From Verrucomicrobiia bacterium (GTDB lineage Bacteria > Verrucomicrobiota > Verrucomicrobiia > Limisphaerales > UBA1319), in assembly GCA_963664225.1 (NCBI GenBank), contig OY760937.1, positions 192,001 through 256,000 on the forward strand: DNA of 64,000 nt. Direction: 5' to 3'. The notes beneath the pieces are model-generated. The model had not been told where the DNA came from. It searched no databases and saw only the letters and a list, made by a program, of their open reading frames with translations. Shown here one piece after another: positions 19,190 to 29,297 of this stretch (the first letter of the stretch is position 1; each line of letters starts with the position of its first letter). The position numbers and the translations under genes were made by a program.

Positions 19190-19915
19190 TTACGCGGTGG
19201 CTTTCTCGAACTTGTCGGCAATAGCGTCCCAATTGATGATCTTGAAAAATGCCGCGATGTATTCGGGCCGTCGATTCTGATACTTCAGATAATAGGCGTG
19301 CTCCCAGACATCCAGCGCCAGCAGCGGCGTGCGTCCCGCGCTCAACGGGGTGTCCTGGTTGGCGGTGATCTCCACCAGCAGACTCTTGTTTGGACCCACC
19401 GTCAGCCAGGCCCACCCGCTGCCAAACACCCCACCGGCCGCCTTGCTGAAATGGTCTCTGAACTCGCCATAGCTCTTGAACCTTTTTTCAATGGCTTCCA
19501 ATAGCGCTCCCTTGGGTGCCTCGGGTTTGTCTTTCGCCAGAAGTTCCCAGAACATCGAGTGATTGGCATGTCCGCCTCCCTGGTTTCGCACCGCAGTGCG
19601 AATACTTTCGGGGATGGCGTCCAAGTCCTTGAGCAGTTCCTCGACCGATTTCTTCCCCAGATCTTCGTGCCCTGCCAGCGCCTTGTTCAAATTCGCCACA
19701 TAAGCGGCATGGTGCTTGTCGTGATGGACTTTCATGGTTTCCGCGTCGATGAAAGGCTCCAGCGCGTCATAGGCATACGGCAGTGGCGGCAGCGTGAAAG
19801 GTCCCGCTGGCGGCGTCGCCTGGGCCAGCAGGGACGGCGTGGATGTGGTGGCGGCAATTGCCGCTGTGGTCACGGCGGCCAACTTGATTGCGTGACGTCG
19901 GGTTATCATGTTCAT
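19190..19915 (-). CDS. sodA: Mn/Fe superoxide dismutase with Tat signal peptide
   Basis: [37 protein letters not shown]-terminal TRRHAIK followed by an Ala-rich helix. Confidence 0.93.
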   Translation of the reverse strand: MNMITRRHAIKLAAVTTAAIAATTSTPSLLAQATPPAGPFTLPPLPYAYDALEPFIDAETMKVHHDKHHAAYVANLNKALAGHEDLGKKSVEELLKDLDAIPESIRTAVRNQGGGHANHSMFWELLAKDKPEAPKGALLEAIEKRFKSYGEFRDHFSKAAGGVFGSGWAWLTVGPNKSLLVEITANQDTPLSAGRTPLLALDVWEHAYYLKYQNRRPEYIAAFFKIINWDAIADKFEKATA

Positions 19916-20134
19916 ATCCTTTTTCTATTAACTTCGAGGGCGGCGCGTTCTCGTTATCGGCGCACGCGCCTTGACCAATTATAATGGCACACCAGGGTGG
20001 TTTCCGCCAGTGGATGTTGCAAGACGCTTATGCAATCCATTAGAAACAGAAATGCAATAACTTCCGTGTTGCGATGAACTCGAACAGCCACCCCGCGCTT
20101 GCCAAAATGCATTGGCCTTTCTATTGTTAACCCC

Positions 20135-21064
20135 ATGGAAAAAGTCATCATTATCGGCTCGGGCTGCGCGGGTTTGACAGCGGCCATTTACACGGCCCGT
20201 GCCAATCTGGAGCCCCTGGTGCTCACCGGGGTCGTGCCGGGCGGACTCCTCACCACAACCAGCATTGTCGAGAATTATCCCGGATTCCCCGATGGAATCG
20301 ATGGTTATGAATTGATGACGCGCATGCAAAAGCAGGCCGAGAAATTCGGGGCGCGCGTCAAATTCGCCACCGTGGACTCCGTCGATTTCACCAAAAGCCC
20401 ATTCTGGGTCACGGTGGACGGCGAACTGGTCGTGGCGCAATCGGTGATCATCGCCGCCGGCGCCGGTCATCGCCATCTGGACTTGGACAGCGAGGGCAAG
20501 CTTGAGCGCAAGGGCGTGACCTATTGCGCCACGTGCGATGGCGCTTTGCCCGTCTTTCGCAATAAGCCGGTCGTCGTGGTTGGCGGGGGCGACTCCGCCT
20601 GCGAGGAAGCTCTTTATCTGACACGCTTTGCCTCTTCGGTTCAGCTCATTCATCGCCGCGACACTTTGCGCGCCTCGCGGATCATGGCCGAACGGGTCCT
20701 GTCCAATCCCAAGATCAAACCGGTGTGGGACTCTGTCGTCACGGAAGTCATGGACGTCCAGGCGGACAAGGTGACCGGAGTGCGGATCAAGAATGTGAAG
20801 ACCAACGCGGAATCGGTCATCGATTGCGCCGGAGTCTTCGTGGCGATTGGTCATGTGCCATCCACTGCGATTTACAAGGGCCAGATCGAGCTGGACGAAA
20901 ACGGCTACGTGATCCAAAAGCAAGGCACACAGACCAGCGTTCCCGGAGTCTTTGTTGCGGGGGATTGCGCGGACCATGTTTATCGCCAGGCCGTCACCGC
21001 CGCGGGTCTGGGTTGTGCCGCAGCCATTGACGCCGAACGTTATCTCGCGGGCCTGAGCCAATAG
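20135..21064 (+). CDS. trxB: Thioredoxin reductase
   Basis: IIGSGCAG, ENYPGF, CATCDG, GGGDSACEEA, YRQAVTAAG. Confidence 0.96.
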   Translation: MEKVIIIGSGCAGLTAAIYTARANLEPLVLTGVVPGGLLTTTSIVENYPGFPDGIDGYELMTRMQKQAEKFGARVKFATVDSVDFTKSPFWVTVDGELVVAQSVIIAAGAGHRHLDLDSEGKLERKGVTYCATCDGALPVFRNKPVVVVGGGDSACEEALYLTRFASSVQLIHRRDTLRASRIMAERVLSNPKIKPVWDSVVTEVMDVQADKVTGVRIKNVKTNAESVIDCAGVFVAIGHVPSTAIYKGQIELDENGYVIQKQGTQTSVPGVFVAGDCADHVYRQAVTAAGLGCAAAIDAERYLAGLSQ

Positions 21065-21093
21065 CCCAAACCGCCGCCCCAATAACTCAAGAC

Positions 21094-24003
21094 ATGCAAA
21101 AAACTTCGCCTTCCATCCAGCATCTGTTGTCCTTGCCCGCGCGGATGGCGGAGAATTTCGAGCGGTTGGAGAAACACTCCCGGCCGGACTGGATCGCGGC
21201 GAGCGATCCCCCCGGCGTGAAATTGGGTTCCGGCGGTGGCACGGCCCATCTGCTGTTGCATTCCTGGAAGAATGCGGGCGATGGCCAATCCTTTCACACC
21301 TGGCTGCGCTCCAGTCGCAAACTAATCATTCATGGTGGCGGTCAGGGACGGAAGCTACCTGCCTACGCGCCCGTCGGCCGCATGCTGATGCCCATTCCCG
21401 TCGTGCGCTGGTCTCGCGGACAACGGTTGACCCAGACCCTTCTGGACGTCCAGTTGCCCGATTACGAGCGGGTTCTGGCCCATGCGCCCGAGGGCACGGC
21501 GGCCATGGTCGCCAGCGGCGATGTGATTTTGCGGTTTGCGCGCGAGTTGCCCCGGTTTCCGCAGGTCGATGTATTGGGCTTGGGAATGTGGGTGACCCCT
21601 GAGGTCGCGCGCGATTTTGGAGTCTTCTTTTGCCCACGTCAGAAACCGGCGGAGCTGGCCTTCTTTCTGCAAAAGCCGCAGCCCGGCAAAATTCGGGAAC
21701 TCGCCCTCGAACATCTCTACCTGGTCGATACCGGGATGTGGCTCTTGAGCGAACGCGCGGTGGACGTTCTCTTGCGAAAATGCGGATGCGATCCGTCCCA
21801 TCCGAACGGCGCGCCGCTGAATCCCTACGAGCTTTACCATCAATTCGGGCTGGCTCTGGGCCAATCCCCCACGGTGAACGATCCCGAAATCCGCGCCCTG
21901 ACCACGGCCGTCGTGCCTTTGCCCGGGGCGGAGTTTTATCATTTCGGCGCGACCCGCCAGATGATCGAATCCATTTCCGCCCTGCAAAACCTGGAATTGG
22001 ACGAAACGAAACTGGGAATGATGGGCGCCAAACGCCACCCGGATCAATATTTGCAGAACAGCCGCTTCGAGTATCCGTTGCGTCTCGATGAAAACCACAC
22101 CCTCTGGATTGAGAACAGCGCCGTGCCCGCCTCATGGACGTTGAGTTCGGACCATGTGCTCACCGGGATCCCCGACAATCACTGGGATTTGAAACTCGAA
22201 TCGGGCGCATGCCTCGATTTCGCGCCAGTCGGCCACTCGGCATTTGCCATCCGTTTTTACCATATTGACGATTTTTTCAGTGGCGCCCTCGGAGATACAG
22301 CAACCCGCTGGATGGGCACTTCGCCTCTGCAATGGCTGCAGGCGCGGGGCATCAGCCCGGAGCAAGTGGGCATTGGACTGGACGCCGATATTTTTGAAGC
22401 GCCCCTGTTTCCCGTTGTCGCCGCCGCCGATTTGGATCCCCGGTTCATCGAATGGCTGGTTTGCGGCGCGCCTGTCCCATCGGAGGCCCACCGGCGGCGC
22501 TGGTTAAATCAGGAAAGGCTCAGCGCCAGTCAGATCGTCGAGCGCATCGACCTCGACCGCCTGTATCATCAGCGCGGCCAGCGGCGGGAGCTTTGTCTGC
22601 AGCCGATGTTGCGCAATCACCGGTGGAGCGTTTTCTACAAGCTCGACCTGGAATCCACCGCCCGCCTCTATGCCCAGACGGAAATGCCCTTGCCCCCATC
22701 TGCCGGGGCATCCGAAGCGGGCATGGAACCCATGCAGCGGGTCCGTGAAAAAATGTTTCGCGCCTCGGTCATGCGCCACCGCCAGGAGGAAGGCTGGCCT
22801 CAGTATGAAGAGGAGGCCTTCGCGCATCTGCGAAGCATGATCGTTCGGGACGCCCAATTGGCGCCCGTCACTCCGCGTTGTTGCGTGCTTGAGGATCAGA
22901 TCGTCTGGGGCCGCAGCCCGATCCGGCTGGACCTCGCGGGCGGCTGGTCCGATACACCTCCCTATTGCCTTGAGAATGGTGGGCGTGTCGTGAACCTGGC
23001 GGTGGACCTAAACGGCCAGCCACCGATTCAAGTCTTCGCCAAACTCTGCGACCGCCCGCATCTGGTCATGCGCTCCATTGACCTTGGCGTCGAGCGCACC
23101 GTCACCACTTACGAGGAGCTGGATACCTTTGCCGAACCCGGCAATGCCTTTGCCCTGGCGAAAGCGGCGTTTGCGCTCGCCGGTTTTCTGCCCAAATTCA
23201 ACGCTTCCAATGGCCAGACCACTCTCGAGGCGCAGCTCAAGGCCTTTGGCGGCGGCATCGAGGTCTCCTTGCTTTCAGCCGTGCCCAAAGGTTCCGGTCT
23301 GGGCACCAGCAGCATCCTGGCGGCAACGCTATTGGCCACCTTGAGCGATGTCTGCGGCTTGAATTGGGATCGCAACGTGCTCTTCACACGGACACTGGCC
23401 CTGGAACAGATGCTGACCACCGGTGGCGGCTGGCAGGATCAGGTCGGCGGCATATTCCGCGGCTTCAAGATGATCGAAACCGCGCCCGGCCTGGCGCAGA
23501 AGATGACCCTGCGGTGGCTGCCGGAACATTTATTTGCCAGCGATTACGCCAACCGCTCCATCTTGCTCTACTACACCGGATTGACCCGGCTGGCCAAAAA
23601 CATCCTGCGGGAAATCGTGCGCGGAATTTTCCTTAACTCGCCCGGCCATATCCGCCTGGTCGAGGAGATTGGCGCCAACGCCCTGGTCGCCTTCAACGCG
23701 GCGCAACGGGACGATTATGCGGGCCTGGCCGGCGCGGTGCGCCAAAGCTGGCATTTGAACCAGCGGTTGGATTCCGGCACCAATCCTGAACCCGTACGGG
23801 ATATTTTGGCGCCCATCTCGGACTACCTCGATGCCACGAAATTGCTGGGAGCGGGAGGGGGCGGCTACTTGTTGATGATGGCCAAGGACCAGCAGGCTGC
23901 GGAGAAAATCCGTCAAATTCTCACCGCCAATCCACCCAATCCGCGCGCGCGCTTTGTCAACTTCAGCGTCTCCGAAACCGGCCTTCAATTAACCCGAAGC
24001 TGA
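21094..24003 (+). CDS. fkp: Bifunctional L-fucokinase / fucose-1-phosphate guanylyltransferase
   Basis: LGSGGGT N-terminal pyrophosphorylase; PIRLDLAGGWSDTPP, PKGSGLGTSS, GGGWQDQ, GAGGGG (GHMP kinase). Confidence 0.93.
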   Translation: MQKTSPSIQHLLSLPARMAENFERLEKHSRPDWIAASDPPGVKLGSGGGTAHLLLHSWKNAGDGQSFHTWLRSSRKLIIHGGGQGRKLPAYAPVGRMLMPIPVVRWSRGQRLTQTLLDVQLPDYERVLAHAPEGTAAMVASGDVILRFARELPRFPQVDVLGLGMWVTPEVARDFGVFFCPRQKPAELAFFLQKPQPGKIRELALEHLYLVDTGMWLLSERAVDVLLRKCGCDPSHPNGAPLNPYELYHQFGLALGQSPTVNDPEIRALTTAVVPLPGAEFYHFGATRQMIESISALQNLELDETKLGMMGAKRHPDQYLQNSRFEYPLRLDENHTLWIENSAVPASWTLSSDHVLTGIPDNHWDLKLESGACLDFAPVGHSAFAIRFYHIDDFFSGALGDTATRWMGTSPLQWLQARGISPEQVGIGLDADIFEAPLFPVVAAADLDPRFIEWLVCGAPVPSEAHRRRWLNQERLSASQIVERIDLDRLYHQRGQRRELCLQPMLRNHRWSVFYKLDLESTARLYAQTEMPLPPSAGASEAGMEPMQRVREKMFRASVMRHRQEEGWPQYEEEAFAHLRSMIVRDAQLAPVTPRCCVLEDQIVWGRSPIRLDLAGGWSDTPPYCLENGGRVVNLAVDLNGQPPIQVFAKLCDRPHLVMRSIDLGVERTVTTYEELDTFAEPGNAFALAKAAFALAGFLPKFNASNGQTTLEAQLKAFGGGIEVSLLSAVPKGSGLGTSSILAATLLATLSDVCGLNWDRNVLFTRTLALEQMLTTGGGWQDQVGGIFRGFKMIETAPGLAQKMTLRWLPEHLFASDYANRSILLYYTGLTRLAKNILREIVRGIFLNSPGHIRLVEEIGANALVAFNAAQRDDYAGLAGAVRQSWHLNQRLDSGTNPEPVRDILAPISDYLDATKLLGAGGGGYLLMMAKDQQAAEKIRQILTANPPNPRARFVNFSVSETGLQLTRS

Positions 24004-24038
24004 GTCCCACCCTCGCCCGCGCGTCCATACCACAACTC

Positions 24039-24210
24039 GTAGCGCAGGTTTCCAACCGTGTCGCGGATTTCCAATCCGCAGGCGCTGGACTCGCCATATC
24101 TTTACATTTTTGCAGGCGGGGGTAACTCTCAAGTATCAGAAGCTCCATAGGACCGCCATGTTTATAGAAAACCAATAACAACGAAACTCAAGCTCCAGTG
24201 GGGGCGGCAT
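24039..24210. repeat. REP-like remnants downstream of fkp
   Basis: GTAGCGCAG...GCGGATTTCCAATCCGC (same family as 26598 and 27097) and two AAGCTCC...GC(C/G)(C/G)CAT units at about 24152-24210. Confidence 0.6.
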
Positions 24211-24276
24211 ATGCATCCACATTGCAAACCACAAAATTCACACCGCGACCCCGGCCCTTTTCATTTTTATATATTC

Positions 24277-24552
24277 TCAGATCTTCCACGGACCCATAAG
24301 GCCAGCCATATACCCGAGCATCATTATCAGGAAAACAGTCCAAAACCGTAAAGGTTCTTTTGATTTACAAATACACCCTTCCTGTTTCGTAATGATTCGC
24401 CCAGAGAAAATCGCATACCATAACATTATTGCAAAGACGGCGTTTATTAGCCCCCCCAGAAGAATGGGAAGGATTGATCGATTGCAACTATATGCAATTC
24501 CCATATTGCCAAGATCCGCCATTGAGACAGCGATGATGAATAATATTTTCAT
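24277..24552 (-). CDS. Small AT-rich hypothetical membrane protein
   Basis: 91 aa with 2-3 hydrophobic segments; low GC relative to flanks. Confidence 0.5.
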   Translation of the reverse strand: MKILFIIAVSMADLGNMGIAYSCNRSILPILLGGLINAVFAIMLWYAIFSGRIITKQEGCICKSKEPLRFWTVFLIMMLGYMAGLMGPWKI

Positions 24553-24666
24553 CAGTTCAAAAGTGGCGTTTTCCAGTTAAATCTTCTTTTCCCGCTCCCC
24601 CCAGCGGTGACACCCTCAGCCCTCAGCTCTCCGCCCTTTGCTCCCCGCTCCCCGCCCTTTTAAAAT

Positions 24667-26082
24667 TCACCCCAGCAGCCGTTTGATCACATCCGCAGCC
24701 GTGTAAGTCTCCTGACCGTCCGGGACGTACTCGGCGATCCGCGTGGCATTGTTCCCCGCAGTCAGAATGGCCAGCTCATGGTCCGACTCCGAGCGGGTTT
24801 GCCCCAGGTTCACCGCAGCCGAAAGACTGTTGCAAATGCACTTGCGTCCATGGGTGTCTTCGATCTTGCCCCCTTTGGCGATATAATCGTCAATCGGCTC
24901 GGCAGCGCATCGATAGCCCAGACCGCCATCGGGTTTGACATAAGGCTTGCGCAGATACCCCAAATCGCAAATACGGGTGCGTGCGGCATAGAGCTCGTCC
25001 TGCGACAGCGTGCCCGGCATCATCACCACCTTGAACGGAAAACCAGTGGGCGAAGCCAGCGGATCCGTGTAAACACGTGACATTCCCTCGCGGCTCAGTT
25101 GAATCGCCTTCTGTTTAAAATCCGGACGAATCCCCGACTCCTCGCAAAACGCAAACGCCGTCCCGACCTGCACGCCCGCAGCGCCGCATTCGAGCGCCTC
25201 GGCCAGTTTGCCGGGTTGCCCATAGGAACCCGCCAGCCAGAAGGGCAGGCCCAGCTCCCGAATCTTCTCCAGATCCACCACATCGCGGGGACCGTAGAGC
25301 GGTTCCCCCAGCTCATTGAGTTGCAGCGGGCCGCGCGGTGGGGCGTTGTGGCCGCCTGCCGTTTCACCCTCCACAATAAATCCATCCACCTTGCCGTTGG
25401 ACTTCTTCGCCAGCGTCATCGCCAGTGTCGCGGACGCAACAATACCCAGAAAATACGGACGCTTGAGCGTTGGAAAAGCATCCGGGAAATAGGTCTTGGG
25501 ATCGAAAGTCGAATTGACCTCCTGACCCGGTGCGGCTCCATCCACATCCAGCCTCAAAGTCGCGGTTTTACCGGCCACCAGCGCATCGATGGCCCCCGGT
25601 ATATGCCGGGGAATGCCTGCGCCCATCAGCACATAATCCACACCCGCCAGAATCGCCCCAAAAAGCGAGGGCAGGGTGGGTAATTGAATCTTCTCCAGAA
25701 AATTAATCCCAACCAAACCATCGTGACCTTCCTTGGCCAGATACACCTCCGCGAAATTGGAAACAACGGTTAGATCGTTAAACGCCGATGACGCTTCAAT
25801 CGTGGGCATCGTCGTGAGCTTGAAGGGCTTATCCGCACCCTTTCCGCCCGCAACGTAGTACTTCGAGGCCACACGTTCCGCCACGGCGGGAACCGGAAAA
25901 TGCTCCAGCGCACGACGCATCTCGCCACCGGGATCGCCCTGTTGAAGCCTTCGGGCGAGGATGACACTCAGAGCCGTGCCGGATACAACACCCAGTTGGC
26001 CGAGTTTGGAAACGGTACGTGCCAGCAGCCAGCCGGATACGGCCACTCCCATTCCGCCCTGTATTATCTTAGGATGCGTCAT
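24667..26082 (-). CDS. Nitronate monooxygenase / FabK-like FMN-dependent oxidoreductase
   Basis: IIQGGMGVAVS, MGAGIP, EGETAGGHNAPP, VQVGTAF, SPTGFPFK. Confidence 0.85.
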   Translation of the reverse strand: MTHPKIIQGGMGVAVSGWLLARTVSKLGQLGVVSGTALSVILARRLQQGDPGGEMRRALEHFPVPAVAERVASKYYVAGGKGADKPFKLTTMPTIEASSAFNDLTVVSNFAEVYLAKEGHDGLVGINFLEKIQLPTLPSLFGAILAGVDYVLMGAGIPRHIPGAIDALVAGKTATLRLDVDGAAPGQEVNSTFDPKTYFPDAFPTLKRPYFLGIVASATLAMTLAKKSNGKVDGFIVEGETAGGHNAPPRGPLQLNELGEPLYGPRDVVDLEKIRELGLPFWLAGSYGQPGKLAEALECGAAGVQVGTAFAFCEESGIRPDFKQKAIQLSREGMSRVYTDPLASPTGFPFKVVMMPGTLSQDELYAARTRICDLGYLRKPYVKPDGGLGYRCAAEPIDDYIAKGGKIEDTHGRKCICNSLSAAVNLGQTRSESDHELAILTAGNNATRIAEYVPDGQETYTAADVIKRLLG

Positions 26083-26446
26083 TATAATCGTCTAAACGCC
26101 TCTCTCTCAAGGAGGGAAGCCTGCGGCAGTTCCACCGAAGCCTGCCAAAAAGGTGCCATCGCACCCGACGGAAGCTCGTAAAAAACCAACGCTCTGCCCT
26201 CCAATATAAGCGGTGATGAGTGTAAAGGGAAGCGCGATTACCCTTAAAAGCTCATTCAAGTCGAAAAAAAATGCTCCGAATGAAGAACATTCGAATAAAT
26301 AACCCTGTTTGCCCGGTTAGAACCCATTTTCCCGCCCATTTTGAGTCCCAAATCGTAAGCCGCCTGGAATACTGCATCAGCGCTCGGGTGCATGACAGAA
26401 TTCCTCTCCATCGCCAGATCGTGAGTGTGTCCGGGGCTTTTTCATT

Positions 26447-27240
26447 GTAGGCCGGGTGCCCCCCACCCGGATTCGGGGGAACATCATCATTGTAGGCCGG
26501 GTCCCTTAACCCGGCGTCCGGCTGCCTAAGAAAATGCCCGGTAGGGCGAGGCTCCTGCCAAGCCATCCTGCCTGCTTGCGCCCCGTCACCACAACTCGTA
26601 GCGCAGACATCTTGTCTGCCGTATTGCGGATTTCCAATCCGCCAGCCTTCTCAAAAATCCAGGGCACCAAACAAACTTCTCCGATTCGCGACCGCCATTC
26701 CCTTTCCGTGGGCGTGCAGTCCTCTGCGCGCCGCCGACAATCCCGCGCGCCGTCACCGCGGATTTCCAATCCGCCAGCCTTCTCAAAAATCCAGGGCACC
26801 AAACAAACTTCTCCGGTTCGCGACCGCCATTCCCTTTCCGTGGTAGGGCGTGCAGTCCTCTGCGCGCCGCCGACAATCCCGCGCGCCGTCACCGCGGATT
26901 TCCAATCCGCCAGCCTTCTCAAATATCCACGGCACCAAACAAACTTCTCCGGTTCGCGACCGCCATTCCCTTTCCGTGGTAGGGCGTGCAGTCCTCTGCG
27001 CGCCGCCGACAATCCCGCGCGCCGTCACCGCAGCTTGCCAATCTGCGAAACGTTTCAAACTCACAGTCCCGGCAGGAATCGCAAAACCTTTTCCATGTAG
27101 CGCAGACATCTTGTCTGCCGTATCGCGGATTTCCAATCCGCCAGCCTTCTCAAAAATCCAGGGCACCAAGCAAACTTCTCCGATTCGCGACCGGCATTCC
27201 CTTTCCGCGGCAGGGCGTGCAGTCCTCTGCGCGCCGTCCG
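26447..27240. repeat. Dense cluster of GTAG-type REPs with 132-136-bp tandem units
   Basis: GTAG palindromes at 26447, 26492, 26541, 26598, 26843, 26979 and 27097; units starting GCGGATTTCCAATCCGCCAGCC at 26626, 26758, 26894 and 27125. Confidence 0.9.
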
Positions 27241-27246
27241 TCCATT

Positions 27247-27647
27247 CCACGCGGCGGCACCTCTCAAACCACCCTTCACCCCGCGACTTTCGAAACTTCA
27301 AATTCTTCCATTGTCCATTCTGTCCTCAACCAGCCCCACGCGGTGGCATCCTAAAAACCGTTCAATAAATCAAGGCGCGCAATACTCCTCCCTCTCCGCT
27401 CTGGGGAGAGGGTACGGGGTGAGGTGTTCATTTCCTGACCTCTGATTTCTGAACTCTGATCTCTGTTTTTACCAGGGATCGTCCGACGAACATCCTATCA
27501 CGGCTTTTTTGACGTTCTGATGATCTGGCTGAATCGCGATTGCTCCGCGCTGCACTCCTGCGCTTAATCCTGCACCGTTCCGCCATTTTCCTCCTCCAAT
27601 CCCGCTTGACACAATTCTTTACCATTCACCATGCCGTTTGGGAGTCT
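27247..27647. repeat. About 400-bp direct repeat, copy 1
   Basis: Colinear and highly similar to 29560-29966; contains a CCCTCTCC/GGAGAGGG hairpin and TCTGA heptamers. Confidence 0.9.
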
Positions 27648-27754
27648 TTCTTAATGCCCTGAAGGGGCAAAATATATCAGCGCTAACCGCACGTTTGTTG
27701 TGTAGCCACTGACTCGTGTCGAACCTTGGAGAGCCCTGGGCTGGGGGTGATGTT

Positions 27755-28381
27755 TTACTGCAAGGGCCAGAGTCTTTCTCTGATTAGTCGGCGTTCGATC
27801 ACGCTGCTGGACACCTCAAATATCCGCGAAATGGGGTTTGCGAGATATTGCAGGAGAGCGTCGTCCTGGAGTTGGTCTTTCGATGTTCCGTTCTGGCCGG
27901 CCAGACTCAGGGCTTTCTCAAATTCAAGCCGAAGCTCCTCTCCTGGAACCAGGAATCGCCCGGCAAATTCAGACGCATGGTACTCGAAAAAACTGTACTC
28001 CTTATCAGACCTATCAAGCATGAATTCAATCCACTCCTGCACTGAGTTCCGGGGGATCATCTGACAGACCGACCGATGCAGGACATAGTGACCAATCTCG
28101 TGCGCCATACTGAACCGCAATCTATTGGCGTAACGCTCATCCATGTATTGAGCCTGATCCACCGCAATGGTTTTCCAATCCGCCAAAAGCAGCGCATCAA
28201 TGTCGCTGTCTTCTCTCAGCCTGGAAATCGGCCTGATATCGAGTTCCAGTTCGAATTCGATTATTTGCAGAACGTCTATTGGAATTTACCTGGAGGGCCA
28301 GACACGATTGCGAAGCTCATCTGCCTGGCGCCAGGTCTCTAGCTGCTCGATAAATGGCGCCTTGAATTTTGCCGGTTCCAT
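27755..28381 (-). pseudogene. ImmA/IrrE-family Zn metallopeptidase interrupted by an in-frame TAA at codon 32
   Basis: ATG at 28381 reads MEPAKFKAPF...WPSR*IPIDVLQIIE... in frame into RFSMAHEIGHYVLH (HEXXH) and EYHASEFAGRFLVP; TAA at 28288-28286. Confidence 0.85.
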
Positions 28382-28390
28382 TTTCGTTTT

Positions 28391-28768
28391 TCAGCCTTCC
28401 TTGATTTTGCGGACGATTTTCTGAAATTCCTCCTCTGTCGGCTTCTGACCGCGAAGGGTTCGGAAAAATGCCGGCAATTGCCTCACCAAAGCCTCATCCT
28501 CCATCAGGTCTTGTGGAATCATCCCATGGTCCGCAGCTGCAAGATCGAAAAAGTAATACCATTTGTCACTGGCCTCTTTCAATCCGAGTGCGCGGGCGTA
28601 TCTCGACAGAATGTCCCTGTCTTTAGGAGGGATCATCCCGCCCCGCTCCATCCGGCTGATGTTTCCAGGGTCCGCTCCGGCTTTCTCGCAAAAATCCCGA
28701 AGAGTGATTCTTTTCTCTTTTCTAAGCGCCTTGAAATAAGCAGCAAAGGTTGATTTTGTCGTATCCAT
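28391..28768 (-). CDS. XRE-family helix-turn-helix transcriptional regulator
   Basis: FKALRKEKRITLRDFCEKAGADPGNISRMERG; directly upstream of the ImmA/IrrE gene. Confidence 0.88.
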   Translation of the reverse strand: MDTTKSTFAAYFKALRKEKRITLRDFCEKAGADPGNISRMERGGMIPPKDRDILSRYARALGLKEASDKWYYFFDLAAADHGMIPQDLMEDEALVRQLPAFFRTLRGQKPTEEEFQKIVRKIKEG

Positions 28769-28777
28769 ACACTGCGC

Positions 28778-28809
28778 TTGTTGTAAATGTTGTAAAAACA
28801 CTACAACAA
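28778..28809. promoter_or_regulatory. Putative operator of the XRE regulator
   Basis: TTGTTGTA (28778-28785), TGTTGTA (28788-28794) and inverted TACAACAA (28802-28809), 10-40 bp upstream of the ATG. Confidence 0.55.
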
Positions 28810-28954
28810 TATGCCACCGTCTTTCAATTGGGATTGCTTTGTCCGAGCCTAAAACACTTTCGCCTGCGTCCGATGGCAAGGAAGGGGGCCATCCACATCC
28901 ACCTTCAACACGTCTTCGGGCCGATTCGGATCGTGCTGCACTGCCGGATGTGAA

Positions 28955-29271
28955 TTTGATTCAACGCCTACAGCGTTGGGAAAATTATGGCGGTGGACGA
29001 TGACCCCGGGCGGCTCTTGCCTCGTGACCCGGGGCTGAGTGATTGCAATCCCTACAGGATTGCGCGGATGGGACGATTGCGGAATCGTGGCGCGACCCGT
29101 TCCAGTCTGGCAGATGTGGTGGCGTTTAAACTCCAATCAACCACTGCGGCACGGGATTTGCATCTCATTATCCCGAAGGGATTAAATCATTCAGGCCCGG
29201 GTTGCCCGCCGAGGGCTACCCGGGATCGCCGTCCCCATCGGAAACCCCAACGCTGTAGGCGTTGAATCAAA
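28955..29271. mobile_element. MITE/REPIN-like non-coding element, 317 bp
   Basis: Perfect 26-bp terminal inverted repeat TTTGATTCAACGCCTACAGCGTTGGG / CCCAACGCTGTAGGCGTTGAATCAAA with internal palindromes. Confidence 0.7.
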
Positions 29272-29297
29272 CTCACTCCCGCACCTCTCCAAATCGG

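Noticed and set aside
26506..27368. Overlapping repetitive ORFs, or a CRISPR, in the REP cluster
   Set aside because: The ORFs are translations of GC-rich tandem repeats on both strands, and inter-REP segments are duplicated rather than unique.
27606..27635. TTGACA in both 400-bp repeats as a cassette promoter
   Set aside because: There is no good -10 hexamer at 16-18 bp spacing, so it cannot be supported from sequence alone.
27680..27756. attC downstream of the ImmA/IrrE gene on the minus strand
   Set aside because: AAC and GTT ends exist, but the R boxes are not complementary and there are no L-box arms.
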